In this document: one piece after another, positions 19,685 through 34,900 of the stretch
Layout: every line of letters begins with the position of its first letter
How positions within the stretch are numbered: the stretch's first letter is position 1
Virus record (IMG/VR): IMGVR_UViG_3300008448_012183
Location: 115 to 64,114 of that record
From: a virus
Taxonomy: Duplodnaviria; Caudoviricetes
Length of the DNA stretch: 64,000 bases
Strand: one strand, 5' to 3'
Notes under the pieces: model-generated
Seen by the model: the letters and a program-made list of their open reading frames with translations, nothing else
Databases searched by the model: none
Told to the model about the DNA's origin: nothing
Made by a program: the position numbers and the translations under genes

Positions 19685-21487
19685 GTGATGAGTAAAAAAA
19701 TTGTTCCAATAAATTATACTTCTAGAGATTATGACACCATTAGAAGAGATTTATTGAATTACGCCAAAAGATATTATCCTGATATCATTCAAGATTTTAA
19801 TGAGGGAAGCTTTAACTCTTTTGTTTTTGATACGGTGGCATATGTTGGTGATATTTTATCTTTTTATGTAGATTTTCAAGCAAATGAATCATTTTTATCG
19901 ACGGCTGTTCAATATTCAAATATAGTAAAATTAGGCGAAGAGCTTGGATATAAATTCTCTTCTACAGTCGCCGCTTCTCAAGGAATAGTTGCTTTATATA
20001 CTTTGATACCTGCTAATTCTGATGGAAGCCCAGACCTCACTTACAACCCAATTTTAAAGAAAGGCTCTACATTTAATAGCTCCGATGGTAAAGTTTTTAC
20101 TCTTGTTGACGATGTAAAAATGTATGAAGCCGATAAATCAACAATTAGGGCTTCTAGAAAAGATGATAACGGAACAAATATAGAGTTTGCAGTAAAAAAT
20201 TATGGAAAAGTAATATCTGGCAGGGTTGTTCAAGAAAAATTTACAATTGGTGAATTTAGTAAATTTAAAAAAATAACGCTAGGAGAAACAGATGTTACTG
20301 AAATTATTAGTGTTTTCGACGATGAAGGACATGAATATTTTGAAGTAGATTACTTAACACAAAATACAATCTACAGAGAAATGAAAAATACTAGCGTTGA
20401 TTCCGAAATCGTTCCATCCGTATTAAGAAACTATTCAGTACCAAGACGTTTTATTACTCAAAGAAATCAAAGCATAACAACATTAACATTTGGAGCGAGT
20501 AGCGCATTAACTACACAGGATTTTAAGGACATACTTTCAGAGCCTACAACATTTATGCTAGATATAGAGAGTAAAAGATATTTTACAGATAAATCTTTTG
20601 ATCCAAATACAATGGTAACTAGCGACAAATTGGGGGTTGGTCCTTCAAATACCATTTTAACTGTTACATATAGAATTAATAATAGTGATACGGTTAATGT
20701 AAGCACTGGTTTTTTAAACAAAGTAACATTTCCAATAGTTGAATTTCAAAATTCAGATCAATTAATAGAAAGCAAAAAGAATGAAATTATAGCTAGTTTT
20801 GAAATAGAAAACGAAGAACCAATTTTAGGTAGTGTTTCGCTACCAAATTCACAAGAGTTAAAGCTTAGGATAAGAGACAATTTTGCCGCTCAAAATAGAG
20901 CGGTGACCATAAAAGATTATGAGAGCTTATGCTATTCGATGCCATTGAAATTTGGAGCAGTAAAAAGGGTTAGAGCTTTGAAAGATCAAGACTCTTTTAA
21001 GAGAAACATAAATTTATACATTTTGTCTGAGGATGCGACAGGTAATTTTGCTAAAGCTTCACAAACTTTAAAAAATAATTTAAAGATGTGGCTAAATAAT
21101 AATAAAATGTTAAGCGATACTATTGATATTTTAGACGCAAAAATTATAAATTTAAAAATAAATTTTAAAGTTGTAGGAAATGATAGATTTTCTAAATCAG
21201 ATGTTTTAGAGGCTGGCAAACAAGCTTTAACTGATTATTTCGCCAGAAGACCAGAAATAGGAGAGCCATTATTGATAGGTGATTTAAATTATGCTTTAAG
21301 AAATAAAACTGAAATCGTAGACGTTGTTAATATTGAAATATTACAACAAAATGGTGTTGGATATTCAGATGTATATTATAATATAAAAGATAACATTTCT
21401 GCCGATCAAAGATATTTAAATATGCCAAAAAATGCTGTTTATGAATTAAAAATACCATTGGACAACATTACTGGAGTGGTAATTTAA
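19685..21487 (+). CDS. gp6: Baseplate wedge subunit gp6 / baseplate J-like
   Basis: NYTSRDYDTIRRDL, AYVGDILSFY.D.QANESFL.TA, AQNRAVT.KDYE. Confidence 0.9.
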   Translation: MMSKKIVPINYTSRDYDTIRRDLLNYAKRYYPDIIQDFNEGSFNSFVFDTVAYVGDILSFYVDFQANESFLSTAVQYSNIVKLGEELGYKFSSTVAASQGIVALYTLIPANSDGSPDLTYNPILKKGSTFNSSDGKVFTLVDDVKMYEADKSTIRASRKDDNGTNIEFAVKNYGKVISGRVVQEKFTIGEFSKFKKITLGETDVTEIISVFDDEGHEYFEVDYLTQNTIYREMKNTSVDSEIVPSVLRNYSVPRRFITQRNQSITTLTFGASSALTTQDFKDILSEPTTFMLDIESKRYFTDKSFDPNTMVTSDKLGVGPSNTILTVTYRINNSDTVNVSTGFLNKVTFPIVEFQNSDQLIESKKNEIIASFEIENEEPILGSVSLPNSQELKLRIRDNFAAQNRAVTIKDYESLCYSMPLKFGAVKRVRALKDQDSFKRNINLYILSEDATGNFAKASQTLKNNLKMWLNNNKMLSDTIDILDAKIINLKINFKVVGNDRFSKSDVLEAGKQALTDYFARRPEIGEPLLIGDLNYALRNKTEIVDVVNIEILQQNGVGYSDVYYNIKDNISADQRYLNMPKNAVYELKIPLDNITGVVI

Positions 21488-22914
21488 TGAGTATAAAAAG
21501 ATTTGTTGCAGATGCCGATACAACTATTACAAATGCTTACGATGTTTCTTTAATAAATAGAGCCTTTTATGCTAATATGGGCGCTGCTGATTCTCTTGAA
21601 GTGTATTCTATTTTTGGTCAAGCATCTATTGATTCTATAGAAAAATCAAGAATTTTAGTAAAATTTCCAATAAATGAGATATCAGCTTCAAGAGCTTCAG
21701 GAACTTTACCCGCATCTGGTAGTGTCAATTTTTATTTAAAACTTTCAAACGTTAAGCACCCATTTAGCCTTCCATCAAATTATGATTTAAGCATAAAGCC
21801 AGTTTCAGCGTCTTGGGATGAAGGAACTGGTTTAGACATGGAGGATTATAGAGACATTGGTATTTCTGGTAGTAGCGGTGCTGGTTGCAATTGGTTGTAT
21901 AGACAATTAGACACCCAATGGTCAGCAAGTGGTGGCGATTTCTTAAATGATTATGCAATTAAATATAGCATTATTAATGGCGAAGAAGACATATTAGCAG
22001 ATATAACATCTATAGTCGAATCACAAATAGCAAATACTATACCAAATTATGGCTTAGGCATCATGTTGTCTGGCGGGTTTGAAGTATCGACAGGATCAGT
22101 TTCTTACTATACTAAAAAGTTTTCTGCTAGAAATTCACAATTTTTCTATAAAAGACCAGCGATTGAAGCAAGATGGGAAGACGCCATAAAGGATGATAGA
22201 GGAGATTTTTATGGTTCCTCTAGCTTATTAAGCGATGCGGAAAATAAACAAAATATATATTTTTATAATGTTTTCAAAGGAAATTATAGGAATATACCAA
22301 CTTCTCCAACTTTAACAGTAAAATTTTATACAGACTCCACTAAAACGGCAGAAGTTTCACCATCGTATTTGAGTATGAGCAACCCAGAAGCTGGTGTGTA
22401 CAAGGCTGTTACTGCTTTAGAAACAACAGCAAGTTCATTACTGGATTATTGGGTAAATTCTTCAGCAACGGGTACTGTTTACTTCTCTAGTTCATTTGAT
22501 GTGAAAACGGCAGCTGGTACAGAATATAACACTGATGATAGTTACGTTTTTAAAATCACCAATCTGAAAGAGACATATAGAAACAATGAGACACCAAAAT
22601 TAAAATTGTTTAGTAGAAAAATTAATTGGAATCCAACAATTTATTCTGTTGCAGCTAACCAAGTAGAAAATGAAATACATAAAAATTTATACTATAAAAT
22701 TTTTAGATATAGAGATAATTATACTATAATAGATTACAGCACTGGCTCTTTAGCATATTCAAAAGTTTCGTATGATTCATCTGGAAATTATATTAAGCTA
22801 GACATGTCAATTTTTGAACCAGATTATACTTATGGTATTAGGTTTGCGCTATACGAAAACAATAGAATAAAAGAATCAGCTGAAGAATTTAAATTTAGGA
22901 TTGAGGCAGCATGA
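21487..22914 (+). CDS. Structural protein with DNRLRE/CBM-like beta-sandwich and Ig-like C-terminus
   Basis: ADADTTI, SRILVKF, VSASWDEG, WSASGGDF, DITSIV, NYGL, KF.ARNS..RP.IEARW. Confidence 0.6.
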   Translation: MSIKRFVADADTTITNAYDVSLINRAFYANMGAADSLEVYSIFGQASIDSIEKSRILVKFPINEISASRASGTLPASGSVNFYLKLSNVKHPFSLPSNYDLSIKPVSASWDEGTGLDMEDYRDIGISGSSGAGCNWLYRQLDTQWSASGGDFLNDYAIKYSIINGEEDILADITSIVESQIANTIPNYGLGIMLSGGFEVSTGSVSYYTKKFSARNSQFFYKRPAIEARWEDAIKDDRGDFYGSSSLLSDAENKQNIYFYNVFKGNYRNIPTSPTLTVKFYTDSTKTAEVSPSYLSMSNPEAGVYKAVTALETTASSLLDYWVNSSATGTVYFSSSFDVKTAAGTEYNTDDSYVFKITNLKETYRNNETPKLKLFSRKINWNPTIYSVAANQVENEIHKNLYYKIFRYRDNYTIIDYSTGSLAYSKVSYDSSGNYIKLDMSIFEPDYTYGIRFALYENNRIKESAEEFKFRIEAA

Positions 22915-25900
22915 GCATAAAAAAATTTTTTAAAGAAAGTTCAGTAGGTTCAGTTAGCACAAATGATATAAAATCTAATGTAGACGTTGAATCTATAGAG
23001 AATGTAAAAGCTGTTTTAGAAGACAATAAAGAATTGGTGCCGGTAGTAGATTATGCCGATCCAGCAAAGTTTGCCAAATACGGCTCTGCGGAATTATATT
23101 ATCAAAATTTCGTAGAAAATGTGTATAAAAATTATCCATATGATGGATCAAAAAAAGAAAAACAAGAATGGTATAATAATTTAGCATATTTTGAAAAATA
23201 TTTATTTGATTACGATTATCCAAAAACAAATGGTTATCTGACTTTAGGTTCTTCATCGTGGACAACTTCGACTAGTTCAATAACCGATGGCACTCATGCA
23301 TATAAACTTTCGAGCTTTCCTCAATATATCTATGTTCGCCCTAGTACAAATCAATCAGTAGCCGGTAGAACAGATCCAGAAAAAAATATTTATAATACGG
23401 CTACAAAAAGAATTTCAAGTCTATTATTGGACAAAAATGATGGTAATACAGTAGAGTTTTGGTTTAAAGAAGAAACAGGCTCTCCTAATACTTATGCGAT
23501 CTTTGATGTCTGGAATAGCAGTTCAATTGATAATTCAGACTATGAACGTCTTTTAGTTGAAGTTTTGTCTGGTAATGGCTTTTATTTAACATATCAAAAA
23601 GGTGTTTCTGGCGTATCTAGGGCTTTTATTGATGTAAATTTTTCATCGCTAAAAAGCTCTTGGCATCATTATGCGCTTTCATTTAAATCAAATGCTTCAA
23701 CTGATAAAATCGACATAACTGTTTACGTTGACGCAAAAAGCGATTTAAGTTCAAATTCTGCTATCTTTTCGGTTTCTACAGGTAGCGCTATTTCGTCAGA
23801 TTTTACTATAAATGGACTAAATGCAAATATAGGTTCTTATATATACACACCAGTATCTGCGCTAACTGCGTCTTCTTGGAACGGCAGAGGCTCAGTTTAT
23901 GGTTCTTTTGATGAATTTAGATTCTGGAACAAAGCAAGAAATCACCAAGAAATAGCTAGAAACTGGTCTTTTCATGCTGGAGGTGGTGCAAATACTGATG
24001 ATAGTAATACAGATTTAAACCTTTATTATAAATTTAATGAAGGTATAATTAATACAACTGAAGCTGATACTAAAGATTCAATTGTATTAGATTATTCTGG
24101 CCGTTTTACTAATTCATTAATTAAAAACTATACAAAAAATATTAGATCTACTGGATCTGCGATCAATTCAAGTGGTTTTTTTGATTTTATTGAGGAAAAA
24201 GATCCAATAATCATTGAAACAAATCCAATCCTTTCTTCTTATTTAACAACAAAAAAAGAAGAAGGTTATTTTCATGATTTAGAAAATACTTCTCAATTTT
24301 ATAATTTATTTCCAAATTGGATAAGAGAAGAAGATGCTGCCGCTAATCAAGATTTAAGAAAAGTTTTTCAAATAGTAGCTACGTATTTAGATAAACTTTA
24401 TTTACAAATTGAACAATTAAATAAAATAAAGCATACTGATTATCTAACGGATAAAGAAAAATCATATCCTTTTGCTAAAGAATTGCTGGACTCGAAAGGT
24501 CTAGCATCCCCAGATATTTTAATAGATTCCAATATCTTAGAAGAAATTTCTTCTAGGGATGAAGAAAGACCATATGAAGAAAAATTTAATGTAGTTAAAA
24601 ACTTAATCTATCAAAATATCTACAATAATTTAACTTATATCTATAAATCAAAAGGTACAGAAAAATCATTTAGAAATCTGTTTAGAGCTTTCGGCGTTGA
24701 TGATGAAATTATTAAATTAGTTTTATATTCAAATAATGCAGAAATAAAATTAAATAAAGATAAAATTAACTATACGTCAGTAAAAACGAATTTAATTGAT
24801 TTTAGTTTTAAGGAACATCACGCAGCTACTGTTTATCAATATTCCACAGGCTCTAATTCTTCTGTTTTATACGGTGCGACTACAACAGATCTTGAACTAA
24901 TTCCAAAAACATTTGAATGTATTACATATTTGCCAAATCAAACAGTAAAAGAAAAATTATTTAAATGGAATTTAAATGATGTTTCTTCTTCTATTTTCGG
25001 CGTTCACTCCGCTCAAAATACTAATAATGATTTAGCTTGGGATGCCGACGATAAATTTAATTTCCAAGTTTATGCTTTGAGAGATAAAAAATCTTCAAAA
25101 GGTGGTAGATTTTTATTAAAAACAAATGGCTTTGGCTTAACATCATCCATAGCTTTAACATCGTCTTACTATAACGATTTATATGATAATACGACTTGGA
25201 ATCTTGTTGTTAAAGTTAGACCATTTATTGATGACTATTCTTATCTAAACATTGATGCGATTAATCCAGAAAAATTTATAATAGAATTTATCGGCGTTCA
25301 AAGTAACTTAGATATTGTACAAAATGAATTCTCTGCTTCATACATTTTAAACGCTGCTTCATCCAGCTTGGCAGCACAGAAAGATAAAAGAGTTTATATT
25401 GGAGCGCATAGAAATAATTTTACAGGTAGTGTATTGCAAGAATCAGATATTAGAATTATTTCAACTAGATGTTGGTATGATGATTTAGACATTAATACAA
25501 TCAAATCACATGCTAGGAATTTTAAGGCATTTGGTAGAAACAATCCATCTAAACGTTCTTATCTTGGTCTTTATGAAGATGTTTTACAATTAGATACTCT
25601 AGCATTAAATTGGGACTTTGATACAGTTAGCGGATCAGATTCTAATGGACAATTTATTGTTGAAGACAGAAAAACATATAGTACAAATAATATTCTTTCA
25701 ACAACAACAAATGAAAAACATTATGGTAGAGGCGATTTCTTCCCAGTAAATTCCACAAACCCAGTAGATGTTGATTATTTAACAGTCGGGAAGAATGAAT
25801 TACCAGAACAGTTAAGCACCTCTGATACTATCGATATCAGAAACGAAGATGATATCTTTTTTACCAAAGATACAAGACCAGTAGATTACTTCCTGTCTCT

Positions 25901-28900
25901 AGAAAACAGCATGTATTCAATCATTTCTGATGAGATGCTGAATTTATTTTCTTCAGCAACTGATTATAGCAACCTGATTGGCAATCCTTTAAGCGCATAT
26001 AAACAAAATTATAAAGAATTAGAATTCATAAGACAAAAATTCTTTGAAAAAGTAGATAATATTCCAAGTTTTGAAAGATATTTAAATCTTTTCAAATGGA
26101 TTGATTCATCTATTAATGAAATACTGAAAGAGATAACTCCAGCTTCAGCAAATGTTTCTGAAAACATTTCAACAATTCTTGAAAGCCATATTTTAGAAAG
26201 AAACAAATATCAAAGAAAATTACCTATATTTAATTATAGAGAAAAAACAAGAGTTAATTTTCCAATCAAAGGTATAAATGAATTATTAAATACACCTATT
26301 AGCGGAACTTCACTTTGGAATCGCGAAAGATTAGAAAAAAATAGTCCTTTGATGACAACTGGCGATGCTAATGCAGATTACAATCGTCAAACAATACAGA
26401 ATTCATTAAATAACCTTAATGATCAAAAGACTTTTAAATTAAAAAATACAGATAATACTTCATATATCGCACCAATTTATGTTTTTAGAAAGCAAGCTAA
26501 ACCTTATCGCTTTATGGTTGATCAACCGGAAGCTCCATATGATGCAGTTTCTTCTTCGGCCAATATAGAAAATATTCCGTCAAGTAAAGCGAATGTTTAT
26601 TCAGGCAGAAGAGTGCCTTATAATTATAGAAACAATTATGAAGTTTTCCAAACCTCTGGCAGAACTGCAAATAATAAATATCTAAATGATATTTCTTCAT
26701 CACTAGAAGTTAAAAAAGTAGAATCAACTAATGCAACTGCCTCAACAGTTTATCTAGATAAAGAAGCCCCAAACAGAACAATACAAAAAACTGTATTTGT
26801 TGAAAGATTTTCTGCTCCCGGTAGTGCGGAAACAAATGCTGTTTTGGCTTTGAATGAAGATTCAGCTGAATATTCTGTTTATAATAGCTTAAATTATAGA
26901 AATATGCTCGTTAGAAAAAATTTAAATGCTTGGAGCGCAGAATCATCAAGTATTAATGACACAATTCCGTCGTATCATAAAATTCCTAAAAATCCAAAAA
27001 CTGGTTTGAACGGCGAAACAACTTATGATAATTTATTTATTCAACAATCAATTCCACAAAGCGATAAAGCTAATAGCTGGATCAAATCTGCTCTTGCAAA
27101 AGCATTAACGATAGAACCGCAAATTAAAACAGACGCGGAAAAAACCTTTCTTTTAGATCCAGATAATAATAGTAAATATGTTAGCAATGCAAGAATTAAA
27201 TTTTTATCTAACGATAGATTTATTCTTGTATATAAGACATTTACTGGTTTTATTAATATTTCTCTATTTGATGTTATAGATTCAGGTAGAGAAAAAGATA
27301 TAGAATTATTATCAACAAAAACTATAGACTCATATACAATTTTTGAAAATCATGATGTAGAAATCATAAATTATGAAAAACCAATAATTTTAGTCACTTC
27401 TCAACAAGAAAGTGACGGCTATTCAATTGGATCTGTTTTTACTATTGAAAATGATGCGTTAAGACAAATAAAAGTAAAACCAGTTGATTCTTCAATAATT
27501 TATGATAATTATATTTTTGAACCTTTTTATCATTATGGTGATCTTGGCGGGGTATTGAATTCTGACCAGAGAGTTTTTGGTTATCCAAGATTTCCTATGT
27601 CTTATACGCCATATTTTGAGCCAGTTTATTCAGTTAAAAGATTGAAAGACGATGTTTTTGTTGCAGGCGGATTTCAATATAATCCAGCGTCATCAACAGC
27701 ATCGCTGCTATCAGGCTCTGGATATTCCTTAGTGCTTTCTAAGCTAGAATATTCATCAAGCTTAACAAGATTAACGTTTGCCACATCTTCGTTCTTGAAA
27801 CTTCCTCCATATGATTCCTCCTCTGTTGGTGGTCTTTTTCTTAGCTATTATTCTTCACCGTTAGCCTCGCCATCGGTACAAAAAATTGATATTCTTCCTC
27901 TAACAACAAGTTCTTTTATAGCGACTTATTGCCAAGACTCTAATTTTTCTTCTTCTCTTACACCACCTTCTGTTCCAGTAATACCAGTTGTGACAACTGG
28001 AACTTTAAGAACAACATACTATACTTTAGTAAATTATAATACTTCTACCTTAGACATGACTCTTGGCGGGACTGTAACTAGTTCCCTCATACATATGCCA
28101 AATTATGATTTTATTGGCGTAAGCGGTTCTTATGCTTATTATAGCGTTATTTATACAAAAAGAACTGGCTCTGATTTAAATCCATATTTTTATGGTGGAA
28201 CCGTAGCAACATATGGTACAGTAGACCAATTTAATAGAGATAAAAATGTTTATTTAAAATTTATGAAATTTAATACGGGTAATATAAATGATCTTACTTC
28301 CAGCAATGAAATACAATTAGGATTAATAGACTACATAGGCTCTACTAAATTAACCGAGCTTGGATCTTTGGCACGGCTATCTTATATTAATTATAAATAT
28401 AATATCTCTAATAACACTATTTTAAATTCAAAAAATGATTTACAGGAAATTTCTGATAAATTTTTAATTAATTATTCACTGCTATCTTCTTCTGTTTTAC
28501 CGGCATCTCCGTCTATAAATGATGATTTAGGCATAATTAGTTATGCTGGCGAGTTTTTAAACGATCAAAACATTTTAGGATATGTTACTGGCAGTTTGTC
28601 AACAATGACTATAAGCAATCCTATCGCAACTCATAATTTCTTAACTTCTCAATCTCTAAATGTTAAATTATTTACTGTTAAAAATGACATTCATTCTCCC
28701 GGCTTTATAACAGCTTATAATGATTCTGGGCTAACAAAAATAGAATATTGTTCTATCGCGGATGAAAATTATTTCAAATTATATGTTGATGAACAAAAAT
28801 ATTTAACTGAGCCTGAAGTTCTTGAAAAAAGAGAATTTTATAAAGAATATTCCGCTTTCCATAATGAATATCCAAATTTATCCGGCGATGAGTATTTTAT

Positions 28901-31900
28901 TTTTAAAGAACAATTATTTGATCCAATTATTGATTTTGCGTATACCAATATAACAGTTTTAAAAGATTATGATGAAGAAACAAATACTATATCTTTGTAT
29001 TCACCAACCTCTTCTTTAAAAACATTTTTAGTAAATACTAATGGTTTCTATGGGTTCAATACTTGGAAACAAATAAGAAATAATCAAAATCCAACTCAAG
29101 TTAGAAAAGCAAGAAAAAATCAATATTTTATAGAAGGAAAAAACTATAAAGAACCTGTTATAACTTATAAAAAATCATTAGATATTAATGTTTTATCAGA
29201 TCCTGAAAGAAATAAAAAATATGATAATCAGAAATCTACTGATTTGCAAAAACTAAAAATAACTGTTCCTTATCTTACTCCACATGAATATTTTGCAAAT
29301 AAAGATTTACAAGAAAAAGTAAATTCTGAAAGATCATTTGGTGATAAATTAAAGAAAACTGATTATGATAAAGTTAAAGATACTTACGATGAAAAAGATA
29401 GTACAACAGAATTTGATTTCTTGTCGCATAAAGAAAATTTATATCCAAAAAATATTAATACTAGCTTAACTCGTTTTAGAGATTCATATGAAGAAGAGCA
29501 AAATACTGGAAGTAACGGTTATGAAAGAGAAACAAGCGCGGTAAGAACGTTTTGGAAGGATTCCGGTGTTGAAAGATACAAAACAGAAAATATAGGTTTT
29601 AATAATTTAAATTATCAAAATCAAACAATAAAAACAGACTCAAACAATAATTTAAAAAGAGGTTATTTTTACAATAACTTAACTTCATCAGCTTTAGTTG
29701 GTCATAATATAGAAAAAATATTTAGCATTTGGCCTTTAGATAATTTCTTTTTGTACCAAGGAGTTGAATATGATTTTGAATCTTATGGTAATCTTTTAAG
29801 CTCGTCAGTGACAAGTAGTTCTGGTAGTGTTTTCTACACGGACATAGAAGCAAAAACATTAAATGTTATTGGCGATTTAACATTTCCCGGTCATTCAGAA
29901 GAGAGAAAGTTAACCTATCTAATACCTCCAAATGTTTTTGGTATCAAGCCTACACCAAGAACTCAATTTATTTTTAATCCCTATTTTAATGGAGTAAATA
30001 ATGAACCGTTTGGTTGGGAATGGAAAACAAATATAATCGCTGGTAAAAACCCTTGGTTTGATTCTTATGAACAATATTCAAGTGACCTAAAATTAATTGG
30101 AAAAAATTATTCTGTATTACCAGAATTTAGAATTTCAGAGTATGTGTCTGCTTATTTAGCTGGTGCTATTAGAACAATTAATAAAGAATTTTTAAAATTG
30201 GATGGTGTTTCTATATCTTCAAGCTTTATAAAAAACACTTCGGAAACAGTTATTTATCCATCTAATTCCAATCAGTCGGTAGAATCAAATTTAGCCAACA
30301 GCAACTTTAGATTGTTACTTGGAGATTTTAAAAATTTAAGATCATTTAACAGCGGATCAGCAAAAAATATAAACTTAAAAACTTCTTCAAGTAAAAAAAT
30401 AAATTATCCTTTCAATACTAATGTTTTATATGGTCAATATGTTAATCTCGTTGGAAATCTTTTAAATCAACCAAGATATTTAAATTCTACAAGTCTTATT
30501 TTTAATAATACGGGATCTGAAAGTTACTTAGAAACGAATATTAATTCTATAAGCTCAATAGCCTCTTTAAGCAGCTCTAATGGAATTTATGCTCCTAATT
30601 TAAATACAGCTTCATTCACTATTTCTACTTGGTTTAAATTATCAGATGATGTGCTTTCTAATAAAACACCAATTGGCTTATGGCACTTAACAAATGCTGA
30701 GTCAGCAATAACAAATTCTTTTGATAAACCTTCTTTTGGTGTTCTTTTAAATACTAGTGGTTCTATAATAGGTGAAAACTATACTTCTGGTTCTATATAT
30801 GCAGATACAGACATAGTTGTTTATAACGGTGGTCAACATGATATTGACTTAGAAACAAGAAATGTTTATACCTTCTATAATAATTCTTCAAGCGCTTCTG
30901 GAAATATTGATTTCCCAGATACAAGAATTATACTTGATAATAAATGGCACAATTTAGTTGTTGAGTATTTTACACCTGAAGCTTTTACAGCTAATGATTT
31001 TAGCAGAGATCAAGTTGAGCCAAGACAAAAATTATTTCCTTATGGTTCTTTTGAATACAAAATGTTTTCTACCGATAGCCAATATCGTTTTAGCAAGACA
31101 GTTTTGTTAAGCAAAGAAAATAAATTAATTTCTGGTTCTATAAAAGAAGAAAATATACTAGCAAATGTAGTTCTTTTAGCCGAATCTGGTCTTTCTTCAG
31201 AAATAAGTGGCGCTTTAGGTATATCGATATATAAAAATATAGGAAACGATTTTATAGAGCTAGAAAGAGTAATTAAACCCTTAAGCCAGACATTTTCTAT
31301 AGATAACCCTTCAGCATGTTTAGAGGTAGAAAATTTAGGCGTAAAGGATGGTAAAAAATATTTTATAGCAAATGTTGCATACGCAAATAGCACTTTAAGA
31401 TCTTTAGTAGATGAATATGTTATTTGTTCATATTCATCCTCTTTAGAGACTGGATCTATAAACTTAATTAATTCCTTAACAGGCGCAGCATTCATTGGGT
31501 ATCTAAAAGTTAGTGAACAAAAACCAATTAAGCCAATTGAATTTGTTGACAACAGTGCCTCTTCTATGTTAATTGTGTCTCAATATGGTCAACGCGATTA
31601 TTATACCAATAAATATTGGCATACATCTTCGTTCTATTATTATGATATTGATTATTCAAATAAACTTTTAACTAATAAGACAAATATAAAAGAAATTACT
31701 AGTTCTTTGTTTGGCTTAGATATACCTGTAAAATCTATAGAATCTTGTCTTGTAGATTCAAATGGTTATCCAAATAAAAAATTTATTTATACATTTTCAA
31801 CTGGAAATGTAGAAATGAATTATTTAGAATTAGGAACAGGTGGATCGATAGTTAAAGAGCAAACTTTAACAAATATTGGTCTTAGTACTGGCGGAATCAA

Positions 31901-34900
31901 TAAATTATACTACGCAACTTCAAGCTTATCGGGAGCAGATAAGCATGATAACTATATCATTTTGACTGGTGATGGTTTAAGGGCAATAACCGTAGTAAAT
32001 GGAACAGGCTCTCTGTATTATTCAGGTCAAACCCCATATGCAAATATATATTTAAATGATGTCTATTTATACGATAACAAAATAGTGTCATTTGGTTATG
32101 GAAATAGCACCACTTATAAAAGCAGCTCTTTTGTTTATGGTACTGCTTCTTACGGAATTTCGCCTGAAATATCTACCTTAAATTATTCTGACATAGATGG
32201 TGCCCTAGATGTGACAAAAGATAATCGGGTTAGAACATTAAGCTTTTGCAAATTTATAACACCAGACAGAAAATCAAACTATCTCTCTTCTTCTTTTTCT
32301 ATTCCATTAACTTTTGTAGATCCACAAGGTTCAACATTAACTGGTATGGTTGCTAAATATAATAAAAATAGGGGTACAAATGCTTCTATAAAAGTTTATC
32401 TAGACGGTCAGCAAAAATATGGTAAATTATTTGATAGCGAAAATTCTACAACATATAAAAGACCAATCCTAATAAATCAACCGTATAAAGAAGATTTAAC
32501 GAATAAACAAAAAGAATTTAATTTAAATAATTTAAAAATTGGTTATTCCGATAATATGCAATATATTAATAACCCTCTAGGATTTAAAGGAGAATTAGAT
32601 GAATTCTCAGCGTGGTATGGGAATTTATCTTCAAATGCGGTATTGGAACTTTATAATAGCGGCTCTCCATCAAACATAAATGAGCTTTCTTTTAAGACTG
32701 AAACTGCTAATAATTTTGAATCTTCTTCATTTATGCCAACAAACGTAACAGGAAACGTGTTTATTTGGTATAGACTTGGTTATGCCGAAAATTCTACTTC
32801 TACAAAAATAAATAATTTAACTTTTAATAAAGAATTTTATGATTATTACGGCGAGTCTGATGACTTAAGCTATTATTTTGAAGACCAAACAAAAAAGACT
32901 CATTACAGTAGATTATTTAATGAGCACACTACGTCTGTTCAGAATATAACATTGACTGTTAATGGAATAACAAAATTATTGCCATATAATGGTTTTTATC
33001 CTATGCAGAGAACTTCTGAGATAGCTAAATTATTAAAAAACTCATTTATCGTATTTAATCAAAATAATCAAACCAACAATACCTTAACATTAGGTTCTTT
33101 AGATATTGTTAATATTAGAAATAATTATAAAAAAGTAATAAATGATGAATCAGTAACACAAGCAGCCTTACAGCCATTTATGGCTCCCGGTATATTATTT
33201 AATTCTATTAAATCAGGTATATCTGTAGACTGGGCAGCTTTTACTGGTTCTGCTGCTTCAATTAGAGCTTCAAATAAGCCAAGCTTTTACGATATTGCCA
33301 CTTCAAATGGGACAAGCAGCTACATAATTTCAAGCGGTTCTGCTTTAAGAATTCCATTTGAAACTTTAGCTAATTTACAAAAGTTTCCAAAAAGATTAAA
33401 TTCGTCCCAAACAGAACCAATATATTATCTAAATCCAACAATTTATAACTTTACAAGCGCATACGAACAATTTAAAGAAAACGCTGATAGTAACCTTAAG
33501 TTAACAAATGTTTATCCATATTTTATTTGGAATGGTACTAAAGCTAGCGACGAATTTGAATTGTCTATGAATAATTTCTTAGCAGAAACACCAAGATTTT
33601 TCTTAAAGAATGGAGCTTTAACTACTTTTAAATCAAAAATTGCTAAAGAATTTAGATCTGCTGTATCGGGCAACCTATATGTTATGGATATAAGCCTATA
33701 TAAAACAAAGAATTTTGATATGATATTATCACCAAAAGCTTCAAGCTCTTACGATGTTTCTGGATCAAGCGGAAGATATTTTGGCCCACCTTTAAATTAT
33801 AAAGAAGGCTCCAATATAAATACTTTCCCAGACGCAGAAAGCATTATTGCCGATCCTGCCTATAGCGCATACGTACCGCCATATTATTATGGTAAAAGTA
33901 CAATAAGATTAAAATACTATGCCGATAAAGCAAGAGTTACGGTAGATGATATAATTTCTAAATTACAATTTGAAATCATAAATCCAGAGTTAGATGATTT
34001 AATTTCTGATGTTAGCGGCTCTTTAAACTCTGTTGCATATTTGAATAGAATGACTCTTGATTCAAGCTTGCAAATAAGGGGTAAAGAAATAGTTCCTACT
34101 TCTGTAAAAAATGGTTTCTTAGAAATACAATCAAGCAACGATCCGGTTAATGCAGCTGAAAATACAAAATGGGTAATTTCCACTAAATGGGAATGCCCAA
34201 CCATGAATTTTAACGACGAAGAAGCAACTAATAAACCTTATAATACTGGTGATTTTGCTAGTAATTTAAATACTAATCTAACATGGTCTTATCCGACCGC
34301 TGGAACTGGTATATGGAGTGGCTATTCAAGAAATTATGATGAAAAACAAGGTATTTTCTTAAAATTAGAAGAATCATTTAATGGCAATCTTTCGGATACC
34401 ACTGGTTCGTTAATAAATCTTTGTGGTTTTGAAATTGCTGAAAAGCGTGTTGGTACTTTAGCAGAAACAAAAGAAATTTCAGAAGCAATAGTCGTTATAC
34501 CTTATTATGAAAAAGAATTGTATAGCGATACAGTTGATCAAAGAACAAAATTAATCAAAAAAGCACAGACTGACAATGAAATATTTAGCGTAGATGAAAA
34601 ACATAATTTCATAAAAACAGATAAAACTCAATTTTTTAATGCTATAAAGTATATAGACCAAAACAGAGGCAGTATAGATGAAAACAATACACCAAATAGC
34701 TTAGTTGATTTAGCATTAAAAATGGAAAAATATGAATTACCAAGACATCTTGACTTCTTAAAAGATTATAGGGAAGGAAAAACAAATATTCCTCCATTTG
34801 CGATGTATATGTTTGAGTTTAAGAGAACTCTAAGCAAAGAAGATTTAGGAGATATTTGGCAAGGTGTAATGCCAGAGGCTGCTACTATTGCTAAAAATGA